DNA from: an uncultured Actinomycetota bacterium
GTDB lineage: Bacteria > Actinomycetota > Actinomycetes > Actinomycetales > Dermatophilaceae
Direction: 5' to 3'
Assembly (NCBI GenBank): GCA_963795035.1
Contig: CAWCFZ010000003.1
Coordinates: 265,075-329,074, forward strand
Length of the DNA stretch: 64,000 nt
The notes below the pieces were generated by a model. It ran no database searches. It was not told the DNA's origin and saw nothing but the letters and a program-made list of their open reading frames with translations. A program made the position numbers and the translations under genes. This document shows, piece by piece, positions 58,393-64,000 of the stretch. How positions within the stretch are numbered: the first letter of the stretch is position 1; each line of letters starts with the position of its first letter.

Positions 58393-59631
58393 ATGGCTGA
58401 GCGCCCCGCTCCCGACCTGACCTCGCCCGCGATGCGCGCCGCGCTCCTGCGCGGCCTCACCACGCGGCGCACCATGATGACCGGCGCCTTCGGCATCGGC
58501 GCCACGGCCGCGCTCGCCGCCTGCGGCAGCGCGCCGCGCGGCGGGTCCACCGCCTCGGGGTCGGTCACGCCGACCGCGAAGGCCGCGCAGGACATGAGCG
58601 ACACCGAGAAGATCGTCAACTGGTCGAACTGGACCCAGTACATCGACGTCTCCGAGGACGAGAAGACCCGGCCCAGCCTGGATGCCTTCACCGAGCAGAC
58701 CGGCATCAAGGTCAACTACACCGAGGACTACAACGACAACGACGAGTTCTACGCCAAGGTCCGGCCGCTGCTCGACGGTGGCCAGGACACCGGGCGCGAC
58801 GTGTGGTGCAGCACCGACTGGATGGTCGCGCGCCTCATCCGCCAGGGCTACGTCCAGCAGCTCGACATGGCGAACATCCCCAACGCGCAGAACCTCGAGG
58901 ACTCGCTCAAGGATGTCGAGTTCGACCCGGGCCGCAAGTTCTCGCTGCCGTGGCAGAGCGGGTTCGCCGGGATCGCGTACAACCTCGACGCCACCGGCGG
59001 CAAGAAGATCGAGACGATGACCCAGCTGCTCACCGACCCCTCGCTCAAGGGCAAGGTCACCCTGCTCTCGGAGATGCGCGACACCATCGGCCTCGTCCTG
59101 TGCGAGCTGGGCAAGGACCCGGCGAGCTTCACCGCCGACGACTTCGACGCCGCGATCGCCATGGTCAGCAAGGCCAAGGACGCCGGTCAGCTCAAGGGCT
59201 TCACCGGCAACGACTACACCGCCGGCCTCACCAAGGGCGACATCGCCGCGTGCGTCGCCTGGACCGGCGACGTCGTGCAGCTGCAGTTCGAGAACGACAA
59301 GGTGCAGTACGCCCTCCCGGAGGCCGGGTTCACCCTGTGGTCCGACAACTTCGTCATCCCGGCGCTCGCCAAGCACAAGAAGAACGCCGAGAAGCTCATC
59401 GACTACTACTACCAGCCGAGCGTCATGGCCGAGGTCGAGGCGTGGGTCAACTACATCCCGCCGGTCAAGGGCACCAAGGAGGAGCTGGCCAAGATCGACG
59501 AGGAGCTGGCCACCAACGAGCTCATCGTCCCGCCGGCAGAGGTGCTCTCGCGCGCCAAGGTCTTCCGTGGCCTGACGGCCGAGGAGGAGACGGCGTTCGC
59601 CCGCGCCTTCTCCGACCTCACGTCCAGCTGA
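58393..59631 (+). CDS. Polyamine (spermidine/putrescine)-type ABC transporter substrate-binding lipoprotein
   Basis: Twin-Arg plus lipobox signal (TTRRTMMTGAFGIGATAALAACGS). PotD/PotF-like body. The stop overlaps the ATPase start. Confidence 0.8.
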   Translation: MAERPAPDLTSPAMRAALLRGLTTRRTMMTGAFGIGATAALAACGSAPRGGSTASGSVTPTAKAAQDMSDTEKIVNWSNWTQYIDVSEDEKTRPSLDAFTEQTGIKVNYTEDYNDNDEFYAKVRPLLDGGQDTGRDVWCSTDWMVARLIRQGYVQQLDMANIPNAQNLEDSLKDVEFDPGRKFSLPWQSGFAGIAYNLDATGGKKIETMTQLLTDPSLKGKVTLLSEMRDTIGLVLCELGKDPASFTADDFDAAIAMVSKAKDAGQLKGFTGNDYTAGLTKGDIAACVAWTGDVVQLQFENDKVQYALPEAGFTLWSDNFVIPALAKHKKNAEKLIDYYYQPSVMAEVEAWVNYIPPVKGTKEELAKIDEELATNELIVPPAEVLSRAKVFRGLTAEEETAFARAFSDLTSS

Positions 59632-60746
59632 TGGCCGAGCGCACCTCCGGTGACCTCCGGCTCGTCGGCCTGACCAAGACGTTCGGCGACTTCACCGCCG
59701 TCCACCCCCTCGACCTCACCATCCCCCAGGGCTCCTTCTTCGCGCTCCTCGGGCCGTCCGGGTGCGGCAAGACGACGACCCTGCGGATGGTGGCCGGGCT
59801 GGAGGACCCCAGCGCCGGCAGCATCCACATCGGCGACACCGACATCACCTCGACGCGGGCCTACCAGCGCAACGTCAACACGGTGTTCCAGTCGTACGCG
59901 CTGTTCCCGCACATGACGGTCATGGACAACGTCGCCTTCGGGCTGCGCCGCAGGGGCGACAAGGAGGCCAAGACCAAGGCGCAGGACGCGCTCGAGCTCG
60001 TCGAGCTCGGGCACCTGGGTGCGAAGCGACCCAACCAGCTGTCGGGCGGCATGCAGCAGCGCGTCGCCCTGGCGCGCGCCCTCGTGAACCGCCCCGACGT
60101 CCTCCTCCTCGACGAGCCGCTGGGGGCCCTGGACCTCAAGCTGCGGCGCCAGATGCAGATCGAGCTCAAGCGCATCCAGCAGGAGGTCGGGCTGACCTTC
60201 ATCCACGTCACGCACGACCAGGAGGAGGCCATGACGATGGCCGACACCATCGCGGTGATGAACGCCGGCCACCTCGAGCAGCTCGCCGACCCGGCGACCC
60301 TGTACGAGAAGCCGACGTCGACCTTCGTGGCGAACTTCCTCGGGCAGTCCAACCTGCTCGCGGCGAAGATCGTGGGATCGGCCGAGGGTGGGCTCGCGCG
60401 TGCCGACGTCCACGGCGGAGAGGTCCTCGTCCAGGCCGACAAGGTGCCCGCCGGCCTCACCGACGTGTGGGTGGGCGTGCGACCGGAGAAGCTGACGCTC
60501 GGCGAGGGCGGCGGCCGCAACCGGCTCGCCGGGACCGTGACCGACGCGTCGTTCACGGGCGTGGCGACCCAGTACCTCGTGCGGATGCCGTGGGGCGTCG
60601 ACGCCATGGTCGTGCAGCAGAACGACGGCTCGACCCGCGCGCGGGTCGGCGAGAACGTCACCCTGTCGTGGGAGCCCGGGCACGAGTTCGTCCTCGACGC
60701 CGCGCAGGACGACCACGCCGGCATGCAGGACGGCGTCGATGCCTGA
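59631..60746 (+). CDS. ABC transporter ATP-binding protein (PotA-like)
   Basis: GPSGCGKTT, LSGGMQQRVALARAL, LLLDEPLGALD, C-terminal TOBE-like domain. Confidence 0.92.
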   Translation: MAERTSGDLRLVGLTKTFGDFTAVHPLDLTIPQGSFFALLGPSGCGKTTTLRMVAGLEDPSAGSIHIGDTDITSTRAYQRNVNTVFQSYALFPHMTVMDNVAFGLRRRGDKEAKTKAQDALELVELGHLGAKRPNQLSGGMQQRVALARALVNRPDVLLLDEPLGALDLKLRRQMQIELKRIQQEVGLTFIHVTHDQEEAMTMADTIAVMNAGHLEQLADPATLYEKPTSTFVANFLGQSNLLAAKIVGSAEGGLARADVHGGEVLVQADKVPAGLTDVWVGVRPEKLTLGEGGGRNRLAGTVTDASFTGVATQYLVRMPWGVDAMVVQQNDGSTRARVGENVTLSWEPGHEFVLDAAQDDHAGMQDGVDA

Positions 60747-61656
60747 GGCGGCCACGGCCGTGGCCCCGGTCGCCGCCGCCCGCCCGCCGGTCCGGCGGGG
60801 CCGCTGGGTCCCGTACGCCCTGCTGGCGCCGGGCCTGCTGTGGCTGCTCGTGTTCTTCGCGGCCCCGATGTTCACCCTGGGGTCGCAGTCGCTGCAGGAG
60901 GGGACGGTCTACACCGGCTACACGATGACCGGCAACGTCGGCATCTACGCGGACGCGCTCGAGCGCTACTGGCCGCACCTGCTGCGCTCGGTGGGCTACG
61001 CGGGGGCCGCGACGGTCCTGGCCCTCCTGCTCGCCTACCCCCTGGCGTACTACATCGCCCAGAAGGCCGGGCGCTGGAAGAACATCATGCTCGTGCTCGT
61101 CATCGCGCCGTTCTTCACCAGCTTCCTCATCCGCACCCTCGCCTGGCGCACGATCCTCTCCGACACCGGGCCGGTCAACGAGGTGGCGCGGGCGCTGCAC
61201 ATCACCGACGTGCTCCAGGCCGTGAACCTCACCAACAACGACACGCTGCTGTCCTCGAAGTTCGCGGTCATCGCGGGCCTCACCTACAACTTCCTGCCCT
61301 TCATGATCCTGCCCCTGTTCGCGGCGCTGGACCGGCTGGACCCCCGGCTCGTCGAGGCGGCCGGCGACCTGTACGCCTCCCCGTGGCAGGGGTTCAGGTA
61401 CGTGACGTGGCCGCTGTCGCTGCCCGGGGTCGTCGCGGGCACGCTGCTCACCTTCATCCCGGCGGCCGGCGACTTCATCAACGCCAGGCTGCTCGGGAAC
61501 ACCCAGACCGTGATGATCGGACAAGTCATCGACAGCCAGTTCCTGCGCGTGCTCGACTACCCCCTCGCGGCAGCGCTGTCGTTCATCCTGCTCCTGATGA
61601 TCCTGGGGCTGGTCGCCGCGTACGTGCGTCGCGCCGGCACCGAGGAGCTGGTCTGA
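60739..61656 (+). CDS. ABC transporter permease (PotB-like)
   Basis: Six TM segments. EAA-type loop LVEAAGDLYASPWQGFRYVTWPL. Confidence 0.88.
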   Translation: MPEAATAVAPVAAARPPVRRGRWVPYALLAPGLLWLLVFFAAPMFTLGSQSLQEGTVYTGYTMTGNVGIYADALERYWPHLLRSVGYAGAATVLALLLAYPLAYYIAQKAGRWKNIMLVLVIAPFFTSFLIRTLAWRTILSDTGPVNEVARALHITDVLQAVNLTNNDTLLSSKFAVIAGLTYNFLPFMILPLFAALDRLDPRLVEAAGDLYASPWQGFRYVTWPLSLPGVVAGTLLTFIPAAGDFINARLLGNTQTVMIGQVIDSQFLRVLDYPLAAALSFILLLMILGLVAAYVRRAGTEELV

Positions 61657-61657
61657 G

Positions 61658-62452
61658 ATGGCCTGGCTGCGCCGCAACCTGCTGCTCCTGGCCTCGGTCG
61701 GGGTGCTGGTCTACATGCTCATCCCCAACGTCGTCGTCGCGGTCTTCTCCTTCAACGACCCGGTCGGCCGGTACAACTACACGTGGGAGCGCTTCTCGGT
61801 CGACGCCTGGGCCAACCCGTGCGGGGCCGCCGGCATCTGCGACTCGCTCGGCCTGTCGCTGCGCATCGGCCTCATCGCGTCGCTGACGGCCACGGCCCTG
61901 GGCACGATGATCGCCTTCGCGCTGGGTCGGTACCGGTTCAGGGCCCGCGCGACGACCAACCTGCTGATCTTCATGCCGATGGCCACCCCCGAGGTGGTCA
62001 TGGGCTCCAGCCTGCTCACCCTCTTCCTCATGATGGGGGTGCCCGCCGGCGCCCTGGCCGTCACGGTCGCGCACATCATGTTCTGCATCTCCTTCGTCGT
62101 CGTCGCCGTCAAGGCCAGGGTGGCCACCCTGGACCCCCGGCTGGAGGAGGCCGCGGCCGACCTCGGCGCCAACGCGCGCCAGACGTTCCTGCGGGTCACC
62201 CTCCCGCTGGCCTTCCCCGGGATCCTCGCCGGCGGGCTCCTCGCGTTCTCGCTGAGCTTCGACGACTACATCATCACCAACTTCAACGCGAGCCCGAGCT
62301 CGATCACCTTCCCCATGTACGTCTGGGGTGCCGCGCAGCGCGGTGCGCCGGTGCAGGTGAACGTCATCGGCACGCTGATGTTCCTCATCGCGCTCGTCGT
62401 CGTCGTCACCGGCCAGCTGCTGGCGACGCGGCGCGAGCGGGCCCGCGCCTGA
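61658..62452 (+). CDS. ABC transporter permease (PotC-like)
   Basis: EAA loop LEEAAADLGANARQTFLRVTLPL. 264 aa. Confidence 0.88.
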   Translation: MAWLRRNLLLLASVGVLVYMLIPNVVVAVFSFNDPVGRYNYTWERFSVDAWANPCGAAGICDSLGLSLRIGLIASLTATALGTMIAFALGRYRFRARATTNLLIFMPMATPEVVMGSSLLTLFLMMGVPAGALAVTVAHIMFCISFVVVAVKARVATLDPRLEEAAADLGANARQTFLRVTLPLAFPGILAGGLLAFSLSFDDYIITNFNASPSSITFPMYVWGAAQRGAPVQVNVIGTLMFLIALVVVVTGQLLATRRERARA

Positions 62453-62479
62453 CCCACCCCACCCGAGAGGCCCCATCCC

Positions 62480-63763
62480 ATGCGCGTGCTCATGGTCGGC
62501 GCGGGCGGCGTCGGTGACGCCGCCGCCCGCATCGCCGCCGAACGTCCCTTCTTCGAGTCCTGGGTCGTCGCCGACTACGACGTGACCCGGGCCGAGCGCA
62601 CCGTGGCGGCGGTGGAGGGGCGCGACGTCGGCGAGGCGCGCTTCAGCGCCGCGCAGGTCGACGCCGCCGACGCGCAGGCCGTCGCCGCCCTCGCCCGTGA
62701 GGTCGGGGCCACCCACGTGTTCAACGCCGTAGACCCCCGCTTCGTCATGCCGATCTTCGAGGGGGCGCGCGCCGCCGGCGCCGACTACCTCGACATGGCG
62801 ATGAGCCTGTCGCAGCGCCACCCCACCGAGCCGTACGCGAAGGTCGGGGTCAAGCTCGGCGACGAGCAGCTCGCGCAGGCGGGGCAGTGGGAGGCCGACG
62901 GCCGCCTCGCCCTCGTCGGCATCGGCGTGGAGCCGGGCCTGTCCGACGTCTTCGCGCGCTACGCCGTCGACCACCTCTTCAGCGAGGTCGACGAGCTCGG
63001 GACCCGCGACGGCGCCAACCTCGTCATCCGCGACGACGACGGCAACGAGGTCTTCGCGCCCGGCTTCTCGATGTGGACGATCATCGAGGAGTGCCTCAAC
63101 CCGCCGGTCGTGTGGGAGCGCGAGCGGGCCGTCGGTGCCGACGGGTCGTACGACGTGGAGGCCGGCTTCTCCACCCTGCCGCCGTTCAGCGAGCCCGAGG
63201 TCTTCGACTTCCCCGGCGGGATCGGCCCCGTCGAGTGCGTCCACGTCGAGCACGAGGAGGTGCTCCTCATGCCGCGGTGGCTCGACGCGAAGAAGGTGAC
63301 CTTCAAGTACGGGCTCGGCGAGGAGATGATCTCCATCCTGCGCACGCTGCACACCCTGGGCCTGGACCGGACCGACCCGGTGAGCGTCAAGGGCGTGCAG
63401 GTGAGCCCGCGCGACGTCGTCGCCGCCGTCCTCCCGGACCCCGCGACCATCGGACCGCGGATGGAGGGCAGCACGTGCGCCGGCCTGTGGGTCACCGGCA
63501 CCGGCAAGGACGGCCGGCCGCGCCGCACCTACCTCTTCCACGTCGTCGACAACGCCGACACGATGCGCGACTACGACGCCCAGTGCGTCGTGTGGCAGAC
63601 CGCGGTCAACCCCGTCGTCGCCCTCGAGCTGCTCGCCGCCGGGACCTGGTCGGGCGCGGGCGTCCTCGGGCCCGAGGCCTTCGACGCGCTGCCCTTCCTC
63701 GACCTCCTCGCCGCCCCGAAGCCCGGGGGCTACGGCTCCCCGTGGGGCCTGGAGGACCGCTGA
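62480..63763 (+). CDS. Saccharopine dehydrogenase family NAD(P)-binding protein
   Basis: N-terminal Rossmann MRVLMVGAGGVGDAAA. 427 aa, with family-typical length and layout. Confidence 0.75.
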   Translation: MRVLMVGAGGVGDAAARIAAERPFFESWVVADYDVTRAERTVAAVEGRDVGEARFSAAQVDAADAQAVAALAREVGATHVFNAVDPRFVMPIFEGARAAGADYLDMAMSLSQRHPTEPYAKVGVKLGDEQLAQAGQWEADGRLALVGIGVEPGLSDVFARYAVDHLFSEVDELGTRDGANLVIRDDDGNEVFAPGFSMWTIIEECLNPPVVWERERAVGADGSYDVEAGFSTLPPFSEPEVFDFPGGIGPVECVHVEHEEVLLMPRWLDAKKVTFKYGLGEEMISILRTLHTLGLDRTDPVSVKGVQVSPRDVVAAVLPDPATIGPRMEGSTCAGLWVTGTGKDGRPRRTYLFHVVDNADTMRDYDAQCVVWQTAVNPVVALELLAAGTWSGAGVLGPEAFDALPFLDLLAAPKPGGYGSPWGLEDR

Positions 63764-63838
63764 CCCACCCCGCCTCCGCCCCGCCGCCACAGGCATAGGG
63801 TCGAAGGACGTCACCACCACCGGAGGACTGCACCCACC

Positions 63839-64000
63839 ATGGCCCTGACCCAGAAGGCACTCATCGACGAGGTCCCCACCGGGCTGCTCATCGGCGGCCG
63901 GTGGCGCGAGGGGAGCGGGGGAGAGCGCTTCGACGTCTCCGACCCGGCCACCGGCGCGCGCCTGACGACGTGCGCCGACGCCACCCCGGAGGACGGGCTG
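63839..64000 (+). CDS. NAD-dependent aldehyde / succinate-semialdehyde dehydrogenase, 3' end cut by window edge
   Basis: ATG 63839 after GGAGGA. MALTQKALIDEVPTGLLIGGRWREGSGGERFDVSDPATG is a typical GabD-like N-terminus. Confidence 0.7.
   Translation, partial: MALTQKALIDEVPTGLLIGGRWREGSGGERFDVSDPATGARLTTCADATPEDGL

Overview
Very GC-rich, actinobacterial-type chromosomal segment. Almost all of it is conserved housekeeping synteny. In order: a GH13 enzyme, an OafA-like acyltransferase, acyP, chorismate mutase, smc, a LepB-type peptidase, an M13 peptidase, ftsY, amtB-glnK-glnD, ffh, three small enzymes, a TauE-like exporter, a DinB/DsbA/MarR redox module, rpsP-KH-rimM-trmD, rplS-lepB-rnhB-DUF2469-yraN-comM-dprA-xerC, an M23 peptidase, an aminotransferase plus MFS pair, rpsB-tsf, pyrH-frr-cdsA, rlmN, a copper-monooxygenase-like lipoprotein and a LOG protein. 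The window ends in a polyamine/GABA-type catabolic cluster with a PotABCD-like importer. Many neighbouring genes overlap by ATGA/GTGA, which fits operons. I saw no rRNA, tRNA, CRISPR, transposase, prophage, or recognisable defence or toxin-antitoxin genes, so I cannot claim a new multi-gene system. Five things are not explained by ordinary annotation. (1) A family of about 49-nt perfect-stem hairpin repeats sits in two intergenic loci (3529-3784 and 23077-23316) with the same 63-64 bp tandem period but opposite orientation. (2) A repeat-laden intergenic region upstream of acyP holds a duplicated leaderless promoter/start module and a G-run minisatellite. (3) A roughly 3.3 kb acidic Pro/Glu tandem-repeat gene after xerC has a reading register that breaks at least a dozen times yet returns to the original frame. 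(4) Two further single-indel disruptions occur, in the rpsP tail and in a class-III aminotransferase; together with (3) they could equally mean consensus indel errors in the assembly. (5) There are domain-architecture oddities: a TrmD-GNAT fusion, a LepB paralogue lacking the catalytic residues, a PHM/DBH-like copper monooxygenase lipoprotein, and a tandem-repeat acidic tail on S2. All functional calls rest on motifs read from the supplied translations; no database search was possible.
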